Shown piece after piece: positions 36,359 through 46,102 of a stretch of DNA of 64,000 nt. The DNA is from Fibrobacteria bacterium. GTDB taxonomy: Bacteria; Fibrobacterota; Chitinivibrionia; Chitinivibrionales; FEN-1185. The notes under the pieces were generated by a model. It saw only the letters and a list, made by a program, of their open reading frames with translations. It was not told the DNA's origin and searched no databases. Every line of letters begins with the position of its first letter. Position 1 is the stretch's first letter. The DNA lies in NCBI GenBank assembly GCA_037447435.1, contig JBBIGR010000009.1, positions 80,875 to 144,874 on the forward strand. Direction: 5' to 3'. The position numbers were made by a program, and so were the translations under genes.

Positions 36359-37771
36359 ATGAAAAAAGTAATGACAACCTGTATATCGCTTATGGCAATT
36401 GCCTTTGCAGCGTTGGCTCAAAATAACGATAGCGCGACAACAAAATCGCAAAATGGTAATCAAACGGCTGTTGAGGAGAAAGTATCCGATCTTAAAGGAG
36501 CGGTCGACGGGCTGAATGAAAGTTATTTGGAGACAAAGGCAACGGTCGGTGCTTTGGCCAAAATCAAAGTATCGGGATATATACAGGCTCAGTATATGGT
36601 TGCGGATGTAAAAAACAGTCTTTCTGCGATGTACAGCGTGCCGGCAGGAAAAGTCGCGGCAACAACCTATGGTCGCCAGGAGTTTTTGATAAAGCGCGGA
36701 AGGTTGAAAACAACCTATGATGCCGGATTGGCACAATACGTGCTTGAATTAGATGCAACACAGGACGGCGTCGGAATCAAAGACGCCTATGCGGCGTTTT
36801 CGGAACCATGGCTTAATTCTTTTAAATTGACTATGGGTGCGATGGACCGCCCGTTCGGGTATGAAGTGAGCTATTCATCCAGCCAGCTCGAATCGCCGGA
36901 ACGTTCCCGCATAATCGGCAATCTTTTTCCCAAAGAAAAAGATCTCGGCGCAATGCTTGAATTCGGCCAGGATGAAGGACCGTTGTCGTGGCTTACCGTC
37001 AAGGGTGGCGTTTATAACGGTATGACCAATATCACCGACGAAGATGATGATTATAAAGATGTGATCGGCAGAGCCGGCGTAAAATTTCCCATGCCGAAAG
37101 CGGGTTTGGATATTGAAGGCGGCGTGTCTGCTTATTATGGAAAAGTCACGGATTTCGATACGGTAAGTAAGGGAAGAGAATATGAAATGAACGGGAATGC
37201 GTGGACGGTTAAGACCGGACAGAACGGCCAATTGTTCGATCGTAAATATTACGGCGCCGATATCCAATTGTATTATGCCACACCGGTCATCGGCGGAACC
37301 TGCCTCAAGGGTGAATATATTCAGGGGTATCACCCGACAAAAGGCGGCGCTTCCGACTTTTACGGAAGCGGAACATCGGTTACGGTGAACGATCCGGTGT
37401 ACGAAAGACAAATGGCGGGTTTTTACACCTATCTCATTCAAAATATCGATCCTGCGAATCTGCAGCTTGTTGTCAAATATGATTTTTGGGATCCCAATAC
37501 CCAGGTTGCCGCGAGTGATTTTGTAGACAATACGACAACGAAAACTACATTGACAAACCAGGACCTTGCCTATTCGACGTGGGGATTCGGCGCATTGTAC
37601 TATTTGCCCTGGGCTCCAAACGTGCGCTTGCAGTTGTATTATGAAATACCCAAAATCGAGAAGCTGGACGCGACAAAAGTTGCCGCGACAAGTTCTCTGT
37701 TCAAGTATACGGACTATACAAGTGCAACAAATTTGAACATGTTGACGTTTAGGGTTCAATTTAAGTTCTAA
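36359..37771 (+). CDS. Outer-membrane porin, probably phosphate-selective (OprO/P-like)
   Basis: Signal peptide, coiled segment, KVSGYIQAQY, KRGRLK, IKDAY, RPFGYE, PERS, C-terminal QFKF; first gene of the pst operon. Confidence 0.78.
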   Translation: MKKVMTTCISLMAIAFAALAQNNDSATTKSQNGNQTAVEEKVSDLKGAVDGLNESYLETKATVGALAKIKVSGYIQAQYMVADVKNSLSAMYSVPAGKVAATTYGRQEFLIKRGRLKTTYDAGLAQYVLELDATQDGVGIKDAYAAFSEPWLNSFKLTMGAMDRPFGYEVSYSSSQLESPERSRIIGNLFPKEKDLGAMLEFGQDEGPLSWLTVKGGVYNGMTNITDEDDDYKDVIGRAGVKFPMPKAGLDIEGGVSAYYGKVTDFDTVSKGREYEMNGNAWTVKTGQNGQLFDRKYYGADIQLYYATPVIGGTCLKGEYIQGYHPTKGGASDFYGSGTSVTVNDPVYERQMAGFYTYLIQNIDPANLQLVVKYDFWDPNTQVAASDFVDNTTTKTTLTNQDLAYSTWGFGALYYLPWAPNVRLQLYYEIPKIEKLDATKVAATSSLFKYTDYTSATNLNMLTFRVQFKF

Positions 37772-37815
37772 TTTGCTTTGAAACGATGCTTCCATTATTA
37801 ACAAGGAGAAATAGA

Positions 37816-38658
37816 ATGAAAAAAATGTCAAAAAAAATTATAGCAGTCGGGCTTTGCATTGCATGTGCATTCGGGCTCATGGCTGCAACAAATAAAAAAG
37901 TGATTACGGTCAAGGGTTCCGATACGATGGTCATACTTGCCCAACGCTGGGCGGAACAATACATGGCAAAACATCCCGATATCACCGTGCAGGTCACGGG
38001 CGGCGGTTCGGGGGTCGGGCTTTCGGCACTCATTAACGGCACTACCGATATTGCCAATTCGTCGCGTCCTATGAAGAAAAGCGAAATGGACAAACTCAAG
38101 GTCCGTTTCAATTCGCTGGGATACGAAACCCAAGGGGCGAAAGACGGTATAACCCTGTATATGAACGAATCGAATCCGATATCTGAAATGACCATCAGCC
38201 AGATCAAGGCGATTTACCTTGGCGAAATAACGAATTGGAAAGACGTGGGCGGTCCTGATGCCAAAATCATACTGTACGGACGCGAAAACAGTTCGGGCAC
38301 GTATGTCTATTTTAGAGATAATGTCTTAGGCGGCAAAGATTACGCGGCGAGTATGCAGTCTCTTCCGGGAACTGCAGCGGTAGTCAATGCGGTTGCCAAA
38401 GACAATTTAGGAATCGGTTACGGCGGTGCTGCGTATGCAAAGGGGATCAAGGTCCTTAAGGTTAAAAAGGATGCGAATTCTCCCGCCTACGAGCCAACGC
38501 CGGAAACCATTAAAATGAACCAGTACCCGATCACCCGGTATCTTTACATGTATACCCGTGCAAAGCCGATCGGCGACATTAAGGATTTTATCGACTGGAC
38601 GCTTTCCAGCGAAGGACAATCCGTCGTGACAAAAGTCGGGTATTTCCCGGTTAATTAA
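37816..38658 (+). CDS. pstS: Phosphate-binding protein
   Basis: VKGSDTM, GGGSGVG, SSR, GRENSSGT, IGYGG, YPITR; AAGGAG RBS. Confidence 0.94.
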   Translation: MKKMSKKIIAVGLCIACAFGLMAATNKKVITVKGSDTMVILAQRWAEQYMAKHPDITVQVTGGGSGVGLSALINGTTDIANSSRPMKKSEMDKLKVRFNSLGYETQGAKDGITLYMNESNPISEMTISQIKAIYLGEITNWKDVGGPDAKIILYGRENSSGTYVYFRDNVLGGKDYAASMQSLPGTAAVVNAVAKDNLGIGYGGAAYAKGIKVLKVKKDANSPAYEPTPETIKMNQYPITRYLYMYTRAKPIGDIKDFIDWTLSSEGQSVVTKVGYFPVN

Positions 38659-38673
38659 AGTGCTCTCAAAATC

Positions 38674-38765
38674 CCCCCTAACCCCTTAGGGGGCTGTGCC
38701 GGGTCTTCACCGCTCGCGCGCCGAACACCGTTCATTAACGGTGTTCGTGAAGCGAGCGGTGAAGA
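38674..38765. repeat. Intergenic palindromes between pstS and pstC
   Basis: CCCCCTAA-cccc-TTAGGGGG and a long hairpin TCTTCACCGCTCGC…CGAACACCGTT-catt-AACGGTGTTCG…GCGAGCGGTGAAGA. Confidence 0.8.
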
Positions 38766-38795
38766 AAAAAATAAACATAATTTTAGGATGCGCTC

Positions 38796-39752
38796 GTGCC
38801 CCCAAATAATGAAAAAACAATAAAAATGAACAAAGGCAAATCAAAATTTCGCCTTCATGAATTCATTATCGAAAAGTCAATGGCTTCGATCGCTTTTATT
38901 TCTTTCGCATTTATAATTCTTATTCTCATATTCGTGTTCCGCGAAGCAATACCGCTTATCATCGGCACTGCAATGGATGATGTGGGTAAGGTGACTCTTA
39001 AAAACGTATTGGCGCTTGCGTGGCAACCTGTTTCGAATTCACCGCAATACGGACTTTTACCGCTTATCGTCGGTAGTCTCAAAGTCACCTTTGTTGCAAT
39101 GGGTTTTGCGTTTCCCGTGGCGATATTGGCCGCATTGTTCACCTCAACGTTTGCCCCAAAATGGGCAAAGGAAATTTTGAAACCCGCCATAGAAATTTTG
39201 GCTGGTTTTCCGTCCGTGGTTATCGGCTTTTTCGCCTTAACGGTATTGGCTTCGTTTTTTCAGCATGTGCTAGGTCTGCGGTACCGGTTGAATGCGTTTA
39301 CCGGCGGTATTGCGCTTTCGATGGCCGTCATCCCGATCATATATACGGTTGCCGAAGACGCAATCAATGTATTGCCCAAAACAATGCGCGAAGCAAGCTA
39401 TGCTCTCGGCGCGACAAAATGGGAAACATCGCTATATATTTTACTGCCTGCCGCGACGCCCGGCGTTTTTGCCGCATTACTATTAGGATTGGGACGGGCT
39501 TTCGGCGAAACAATGATCGTTTTAATGGCAACGGGAAATGCGGCGCTGTTATCGCCCCATATATTCGAACCGGTGCGGACAATGTCGGCAACCATCGGTG
39601 CGGAAATGGCGGAAGTGGTATTCGGCGACGCGCATTACAATACGCTGTTTTTTATCGGCGTTTGCCTGTTCATGTTTTCGTTTTCCCTTAATGCAATTGC
39701 GGAACTTGTGGTTCGTCAACGAATGATGAAAAGGTTTAGAGGCAACTCGTGA
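38796..39752 (+). CDS. pstC: Phosphate ABC transporter permease
   Basis: YGLLPLIVGS, EILAGFPSVVIG, GRAFGETMIVLM, TIGAEMAE. Confidence 0.93.
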   Translation: MPPNNEKTIKMNKGKSKFRLHEFIIEKSMASIAFISFAFIILILIFVFREAIPLIIGTAMDDVGKVTLKNVLALAWQPVSNSPQYGLLPLIVGSLKVTFVAMGFAFPVAILAALFTSTFAPKWAKEILKPAIEILAGFPSVVIGFFALTVLASFFQHVLGLRYRLNAFTGGIALSMAVIPIIYTVAEDAINVLPKTMREASYALGATKWETSLYILLPAATPGVFAALLLGLGRAFGETMIVLMATGNAALLSPHIFEPVRTMSATIGAEMAEVVFGDAHYNTLFFIGVCLFMFSFSLNAIAELVVRQRMMKRFRGNS

Positions 39753-40654
39753 AACTATCAAAAAAAGTTCTCGGCATCGGCATAATATCTTTGACCGGAT
39801 TTTGCGCCTTCCTTATTATCGGCGTGGTCATTTTTATCATGGCAAACATCATCGTGGGCGGGCATTCGGTAATGTCCTGGAAGTTTTTAACCACTAATCC
39901 GACCGAAGGGATGACGCAGGGCGGAATTTTTCCCGCCATTGTGGGTACATTTTTCCTGGTTTGCATTATGTCTTTGGTGGGCGTTCCGGTCGGGACCGTT
40001 ACCGCTGTTTACTTGGCAGAATATGTAAAACAGGAATCCTGGATTGCAAAATCGATACGGTTTGCGGTCAATACGCTCGCCGGCATTCCCGCAATCGTCT
40101 TCGGACTGTTCGGTTTGGGCTTTTTCATTCAATTCGTCGGCACCAACATGGATAAGGCTTTTAGCGGTCAGGGAAATCTGGTTTGGGGAAAGCCGAGCAT
40201 TTTATGGGCAAGCCTGACAATGGCACTTTTGACATTACCCGTTGTCATTGTTTCGGTGGAAGAGGCGATAAAGGCGGTACCCCGGGAATTGCGCGAAGCG
40301 AGTTTGGCCCTGGGTGCGACAAAATGGGAAACCATTTTACGTATCGTGCTTCCCAATTCGATAACCGGGATTCTGACCGGCGCGATTTTGGCCGTGAGCC
40401 GCGGTGCCGGTGAGGTTGCACCGATACTGTTTACCGGCGCGGCGTATTTTTTGCCCGATATTCCGACAAAACTATCGGACCAGTTCATGGAGCTCGGCTA
40501 TCACGTGTATATAATGGCGACACAATCGACCAATGTGGATTCGACCGCAGGGATACAGTACGCGACGACGCTGGTGTTGTTGCTGTTGACATTTATCTTG
40601 AATTTTTCAGCTATTTATTTGCGCTTTTGGATGAGAAAACGTTCGTTTCAGTAG
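39749..40654 (+). CDS. pstA: Phosphate ABC transporter permease
   Basis: GGIFPAIVGT, VYLAEY, LAGIPAIVFGLFG, SRGAGEVAP. Confidence 0.93.
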   Translation: MKLSKKVLGIGIISLTGFCAFLIIGVVIFIMANIIVGGHSVMSWKFLTTNPTEGMTQGGIFPAIVGTFFLVCIMSLVGVPVGTVTAVYLAEYVKQESWIAKSIRFAVNTLAGIPAIVFGLFGLGFFIQFVGTNMDKAFSGQGNLVWGKPSILWASLTMALLTLPVVIVSVEEAIKAVPRELREASLALGATKWETILRIVLPNSITGILTGAILAVSRGAGEVAPILFTGAAYFLPDIPTKLSDQFMELGYHVYIMATQSTNVDSTAGIQYATTLVLLLLTFILNFSAIYLRFWMRKRSFQ

Positions 40655-40720
40655 GAAGAACATTTGTCCCCGCAGCGTTGGCTGAGGGATACCTTTTTGC
40701 ATACAATAAGTTGGGATTAT

Positions 40721-41494
40721 ATGGAAAACATTGACACAAGATCGGTCGTGATAGAAACGAAAAATGTGAATCTTCAGTACGGCGCCAAGAAAGCGCTCTG
40801 CGACATTTCCATGGACATCCGTGAAAAATGCGTGACGGCCTTTATCGGTCCTTCTGGCTGCGGAAAATCGACATTTTTGCGTTTGTTCAACAGAATGAAC
40901 GATCTCATCGAAGGCGTATCGATACAAGGTACCATAAAAATACACGGCGTCGATATTTATGAAACATCCATCGATGTGGTTGATTTAAGAAGAAAAGTAG
41001 GCATGATTTTCCAGAAATCCAATCCTTTTCCAAAGTCGATTTACGAAAACGTCGCCTATGGTCCTAAAATTCAGGGTATCCGGAAGAAAAGCGAATTGGA
41101 CGGCATCGTGGAACAATGTTTACGGCAGGCGGCATTATGGGATGAGGTGAAAGACGCGCTTCACGGCAATGCGTTGGGACTTTCCGGCGGACAGCAACAA
41201 CGGTTATGCATAGCCCGCGCATTGGCGGTCAAACCCGAAATTTTGCTTATGGACGAACCCGCATCGGCATTGGATCCTTTGTCAACCGCTAAAATAGAGG
41301 AACTGATTTACGAATTAAAGGACGATTACACCATAGTCATTGTCACGCACAATATGCAGCAGGCGTCCAGAGTCAGCGATTACACCGCATTCTTTTATAT
41401 GGGCGAACTCATTGAATACGACAATACGACGGCGATGTTTACTTCGCCTAAATTGAAACGGACCGAGGATTATATTACCGGAAGATTCGGATAG
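40721..41494 (+). CDS. pstB: Phosphate ABC transporter ATPase (canonical)
   Basis: [51 protein letters not shown]. Confidence 0.96.
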   Translation: MENIDTRSVVIETKNVNLQYGAKKALCDISMDIREKCVTAFIGPSGCGKSTFLRLFNRMNDLIEGVSIQGTIKIHGVDIYETSIDVVDLRRKVGMIFQKSNPFPKSIYENVAYGPKIQGIRKKSELDGIVEQCLRQAALWDEVKDALHGNALGLSGGQQQRLCIARALAVKPEILLMDEPASALDPLSTAKIEELIYELKDDYTIVIVTHNMQQASRVSDYTAFFYMGELIEYDNTTAMFTSPKLKRTEDYITGRFG

Positions 41495-41662
41495 CGTCCG
41501 TGATGAATAATACGATATACTGTATTTGGAACCGTAATGCTTTCATATCGATGCGTTCACTTCTCCTCCTCATGGTTATTTGAGAGAGAAAAATTAGCTT
41601 TCAGGTCCCTGTTTGGGGCATAGGGAAGCGGCAAAAAACAAAAATTATGGAATCGAGACCGT

Positions 41663-42355
41663 ATGGCGCATGAATCGATACTAATCGTCGAAGATGAAGA
41701 CGACATCAGGGAATTAATAGCCTATAACCTGACAAAAGAAGGCTACAGGCCCCATGGTGCGTTGTCCGGGGAAGATGCGATCAAAAAAGCGAGGGCCGAG
41801 CGCTACGATCTGATTATTTTGGACCTCATGCTGCCGGGAATCGACGGACTCGATGTCTGTCGGACCCTTAAAAAGGACGCGAAGACACAAACCATTCCGG
41901 TCATCATGCTCACGGCTAAAGGCGAAGAATCGGATATGGTAAGCGGTTTGGAACTCGGTGCCGACGATTATATTGTCAAACCGTTTTCACCGCGGGTACT
42001 TATTGCACGCATAAAGACGGTTTTGCGGAGGAAATCGGCCGAACCTATAGACCCGAACGCATCGATAAGCATCCACGATCTTGCCATTCATCCGGGCAGA
42101 CGTGAAGTTCTGGTCGGTAAGCGCAGCGTTGAATTGACAAATATGGAATTTCGGGTCTTGCACCTTCTTGCCAGCAGGCCGGGCTGGGTTTTTTCCCGGT
42201 ATCAAATCGTGGAAGGCGTCCGCGGCGATAATTATCCCGTTACCGACAGGTCGGTAGACGTACTCATTGTAGGGTTACGGAAAAAACTGGGCGATGCGGG
42301 CGAGTATATCGAAACCGTGCGGGGTGCGGGGTATCGTTTTAAGGAAGCAGAATAA
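41663..42355 (+). CDS. phoB: PhoB/PhoP OmpR-family response regulator
   Basis: VEDE, LDLMLP, MLTAK, GADDY, KPFSP, RSVDV, IETVRGAGY; position within the pst cluster. Confidence 0.9.
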   Translation: MAHESILIVEDEDDIRELIAYNLTKEGYRPHGALSGEDAIKKARAERYDLIILDLMLPGIDGLDVCRTLKKDAKTQTIPVIMLTAKGEESDMVSGLELGADDYIVKPFSPRVLIARIKTVLRRKSAEPIDPNASISIHDLAIHPGRREVLVGKRSVELTNMEFRVLHLLASRPGWVFSRYQIVEGVRGDNYPVTDRSVDVLIVGLRKKLGDAGEYIETVRGAGYRFKEAE

Positions 42356-42358
42356 ACA

Positions 42359-44167
42359 ATGTGGCCTAAAAAATTATTCTGGCAGCTCTATTGTTCCTAT
42401 CTATTAATGGTAGGCGTTCCGGTGTTCGTGATCACCTGGTATTCGACGGATTCGTTTACAAAGTTTTACCGTACGCAGATGGTCGAAGACCTCAAGGCGC
42501 GGGCGAATCTTATCGCGGCACAGGTTGAAAATTATCTTACGTATTCTTCGCCGGGTCCGGTTGATTCTTTGTGTAAAGCCCTGGGAAAAAAGATTCCCAC
42601 CCGCTTTACCGTAATCGGGATCGACGGCAAGGTCCTCGGCGATTCGCATAAAAGTCCCGATTCAATGGAAAACCACGGAAGCAGGCCCGAATTCATCGCC
42701 GCGATGAAAGGAAGCGACGCCGTGTCCGAACGGTATAGCTTTACTTTGTCCGAAAGCATGGTGTATGTCGCATTGCCTGCATTCGTCAACGGAAAAATCT
42801 CGGCGGTTGTCCGCACTTCATTCCCGGTATATCTTATCAAAAAAGCCTTGTACGCATTGTATGAAAAAATCGCGATTGTCGTTTTTCTTACCGCGTTTTT
42901 TGCCGCGATCATGAGTTATTGGGTTTCCCGGAAAATCAGCCGTCCTATTTTACAAATGAAATTACGAGCCCAACATTTTGCCGCAGGGGATTTCGGCAAT
43001 AAACTTTCCATCGACAGTTATGAGGAAGCGAATCAACTTGCCGCAGGCCTCAATGAAATGGCGAGGCAGCTCAATGAGCGTTTGGCTACCATTACAGAAC
43101 AGCGGAACGAGCGCGATGCGGTTTTGTCGAGCATGATCGAAGGAGTCATCGCGATAGATGCCGACGAAAAAATATTGACAATTAATAAGGCTGCCGAAAC
43201 GCTTTTCAGCATCAATCAGGATCGCTGCAAAGGAAAATGGATCGGGGAGGCATTGCGGAACACCGAAGTGCATGAATTCCTCTTGACCGCTCTGCGGTCG
43301 AATAGTCCGGTCGAAAAGGAACTGGCATTGCCCATTCCCGGGCAAGTAAAAGATACCGAACCGTTATTATATTTGCAGCTTCACGGTAATGCGCTGCTCG
43401 ACACGGTCGGACGGGCAATCGGCGCGCTCATGGTTGTCAACGATATTACGAAAATCAAAAAACTGGAAAATATCCGCAAGGATTTTGTCGCGAACGTGTC
43501 TCACGAATTGCGGACGCCCTTAACCTCGATAAAAGGGTATGTCGAAACATTGCTTTGCGGTGCTCTGAACAACCCGGCGGAAGCAATCAGGTTCCTTACG
43601 GTAATAGCCAATCAGGTAGACCGGATAAATTCCATTGTCGAAGACCTCTTGTCGCTATCTCGGATAGAGCGCGATGCCGAGGTGTCGTCCGTCGATCTTG
43701 TTGCCACTCCGGTATGCGAGGTTTTGACGGCCGCACTCGAAACATGCAGGCATAAAGCCGTGCTCAAGTCGATTTCCCTCGACGTGGAATGCGATGGAGC
43801 CATACTGGCAAAAATGGAGAAGTCGCTTCTTGAGCAGGCTATTGTCAACCTCGTGGACAATGCGATCAATTACAGCGATGAAAAAAAGACCGTCAAGATT
43901 TCCGCTCAGGAAAATGCATTGGACAAGACTGTCGTCATTTCGATACGCGATGAAGGAATCGGGATTTCGCAAGAACATCTTGAACGGATATTCGAACGGT
44001 TTTACAGGGTAGATAAGGCCCGGAGCCGTAAGCTCGGCGGAACAGGGCTCGGCCTATCTATTGTAAAACATATAGTCCTGGCGCACGGCGGCAAGGTCGG
44101 CGTCTCGAGCGTTTTAGGGCAGGGAAGCACGTTTACCATTACCCTTCCTTTGTTGAAGCAAGTTTGA
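42359..44167 (+). CDS. phoR: PhoR sensor histidine kinase
   Basis: Two TMs, ENHGSRPE, HAMP, PAS, DFVANVSHELRTPL, NLVDNA, FERFYRVDKARSR, GGTGLGL. Confidence 0.92.
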   Translation: MWPKKLFWQLYCSYLLMVGVPVFVITWYSTDSFTKFYRTQMVEDLKARANLIAAQVENYLTYSSPGPVDSLCKALGKKIPTRFTVIGIDGKVLGDSHKSPDSMENHGSRPEFIAAMKGSDAVSERYSFTLSESMVYVALPAFVNGKISAVVRTSFPVYLIKKALYALYEKIAIVVFLTAFFAAIMSYWVSRKISRPILQMKLRAQHFAAGDFGNKLSIDSYEEANQLAAGLNEMARQLNERLATITEQRNERDAVLSSMIEGVIAIDADEKILTINKAAETLFSINQDRCKGKWIGEALRNTEVHEFLLTALRSNSPVEKELALPIPGQVKDTEPLLYLQLHGNALLDTVGRAIGALMVVNDITKIKKLENIRKDFVANVSHELRTPLTSIKGYVETLLCGALNNPAEAIRFLTVIANQVDRINSIVEDLLSLSRIERDAEVSSVDLVATPVCEVLTAALETCRHKAVLKSISLDVECDGAILAKMEKSLLEQAIVNLVDNAINYSDEKKTVKISAQENALDKTVVISIRDEGIGISQEHLERIFERFYRVDKARSRKLGGTGLGLSIVKHIVLAHGGKVGVSSVLGQGSTFTITLPLLKQV

Positions 44168-44188
44168 AAAAAAACAGAAAGGTTTACA

Positions 44189-44860
44189 ATGGCAATTCAT
44201 TTGCAAAGAGAAATAGATAAACTCAAGAAAAAAATCCTGACGCTTTCCACCATCGTGGAGGAAAATGTCGAGCGGGCGGTTCGCAGCGTGGAAAAGCGGG
44301 ACGCCGCTTTGGCAAAACGGGTGATCGAAGAAGACAAAGCGGTCGACACCATGGAAATTGAAGTCGAGGAAGAGTGCCTGAAGGTTTTTGCGCTGCATCA
44401 ACCGGTCGCCACCGATCTGCGCTTCATCGTCGCCGTATTAAAAATCAATAACGACCTCGAGCGGATCGGGGATTTGACCGTGAATATCGCCGAACGGTCG
44501 CTGGTATTGGCCGAAAAAGGGGATTTTGTTTTTTCCTCCAATTTTCCCACCATGATGGAAAAAGCGAGGCTCATGCTCAAGCAATGCCTCGACGCATTGG
44601 TAAACCTCGATTCCAAACAGGCGCTTGCCGTTTGCGCGGCCGACGACGAGGTGGACGCGCTGTACAGGGAAATGTTCGAAAAGGTGAAAACCGGGATCAT
44701 TCAGGACAGCGGTCAAATAGATTGTTATTTGCAAATGCTATCCATTTCGCGCCATTTGGAACGCATCGCCGATCATGCCACGAACATTGCCGAAGACGTT
44801 ATTTATATGATAGAAGGTTCAATCATTCGCCATAGCGGCGGCAAGTTTAAAAATTCCTGA
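44189..44860 (+). CDS. phoU: Phosphate signalling protein PhoU (canonical)
   Basis: QPVATDLR, DLERIGD, DDEVD, LERIADHATNIAE. Confidence 0.95.
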   Translation: MAIHLQREIDKLKKKILTLSTIVEENVERAVRSVEKRDAALAKRVIEEDKAVDTMEIEVEEECLKVFALHQPVATDLRFIVAVLKINNDLERIGDLTVNIAERSLVLAEKGDFVFSSNFPTMMEKARLMLKQCLDALVNLDSKQALAVCAADDEVDALYREMFEKVKTGIIQDSGQIDCYLQMLSISRHLERIADHATNIAEDVIYMIEGSIIRHSGGKFKNS

Positions 44861-44872
44861 CGGTAAAGAGTG

Positions 44873-46030
44873 TTACCGGTTTTCTTGATGTCGTCGCAAC
44901 AGTAAAAAACCCGAAAATCCGGCGGTAAGAAGGCCGCTTACCGCCCAAATGCTCGGATTTGCGGCAGGCAGAAGCAGGACCGAAACCGCGCCGAAAGCCG
45001 GGCCCGCAAAGAGCCCGGCGCCGATCATTGCTTCGTGTAACCCGCCGTGAGCGCCGCGTTCGCTGGAAACGTTCATGGAATAATACAGCGACGAATAATA
45101 AATAAGCCCTATAGACAAACCAAAACCGATCTGCGCGACGATCAAAACGAAAATCGAATGTGCCAATACGATTCCCGCAAAACTCGCGACCATTGCCGCA
45201 AAAGAGCCCGCTAAGAGTCCGAATTTATAATGCCATGATGTCCAGCGTTTTAAAATGATGAATGCGGTAAGCCGCGCGAACATCCAAATGGAACAAATGA
45301 TTCCGGCAATGCCTGTTCCGAGGCCCAGTTTTGTCGCAATCGACGGAAAAAGGGGCAATGCCGTATTGATTGCGACATACGATAACGGATTCGCAATCCA
45401 TGCCAAATGTAAAAAATGGCGCGCATCCATGGAATCGCATTCCGGCGGATTACAACAGGTTCCTTGGGCCGAAGATGCATGCTTTTTTGTTAATTTTGCG
45501 GCAAACGGCAACAGGACCAGTTGAACCGAAATCAGAATGAGCGGAATGAAATACAGACTTTTTATGCCGCATCGTTCCAATAGCATTCCTGCGGTAAAAA
45601 AGGCGACGGCGCCGCCCAGTGCCCAGGTAATATTATAATACCCGACCATATTGCATACGTTTGCCTGTTCGCCGTCGGTGACGATCGCTTCAAGCGCCGG
45701 CCAAATGAAACAAACGGAAATTGTCCAAACGCAATAGGCTGCGACTTGCCCGGCGGTCGTATTCAAGATCAGGCCCAGTACCAACGCAAGCGCAAAACCG
45801 CTATAGCCCGCGTACAACGATCGCGTGCAACCGAACCGTTGCGCAAACGAACCTCCTTGCCATGCCGCAAAAATGTAGATGACCCCGTTGAGGGCCGCGA
45901 GCATGAGGTTTTCGGTTGCAGTGAAACCGAAGCGGATTTGCATGACGAAAAACAGGAAATTGGAGTAAAACACCGCAGAATAACAGGTCAGAAGTTCTAT
46001 CAGGAAATAAAGCGCTTTGGATGGATTCAT
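44873..46030 (-). CDS. MFS transporter
   Basis: About 12 hydrophobic segments, GSFAQRFG motif-A-like; start placed after the rpoD terminator. Confidence 0.75.
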   Translation of the reverse strand: MNPSKALYFLIELLTCYSAVFYSNFLFFVMQIRFGFTATENLMLAALNGVIYIFAAWQGGSFAQRFGCTRSLYAGYSGFALALVLGLILNTTAGQVAAYCVWTISVCFIWPALEAIVTDGEQANVCNMVGYYNITWALGGAVAFFTAGMLLERCGIKSLYFIPLILISVQLVLLPFAAKLTKKHASSAQGTCCNPPECDSMDARHFLHLAWIANPLSYVAINTALPLFPSIATKLGLGTGIAGIICSIWMFARLTAFIILKRWTSWHYKFGLLAGSFAAMVASFAGIVLAHSIFVLIVAQIGFGLSIGLIYYSSLYYSMNVSSERGAHGGLHEAMIGAGLFAGPAFGAVSVLLLPAANPSIWAVSGLLTAGFSGFLLLRRHQENR

Positions 46031-46042
46031 AAAACCGCGTCG

Positions 46043-46075
46043 AAAAAAAACGGGGGCGTTCATGAAACGCCCCCG
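46043..46075 (-). terminator. Rho-independent terminator after the sigma factor gene
   Basis: Minus strand CGGGGGCGTT-tcatg-AACGCCCCCG followed by T8. Confidence 0.88.
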
Positions 46076-46102
46076 AAGGTGATAGTTGCCTTTGCGAAAC
46101 GT

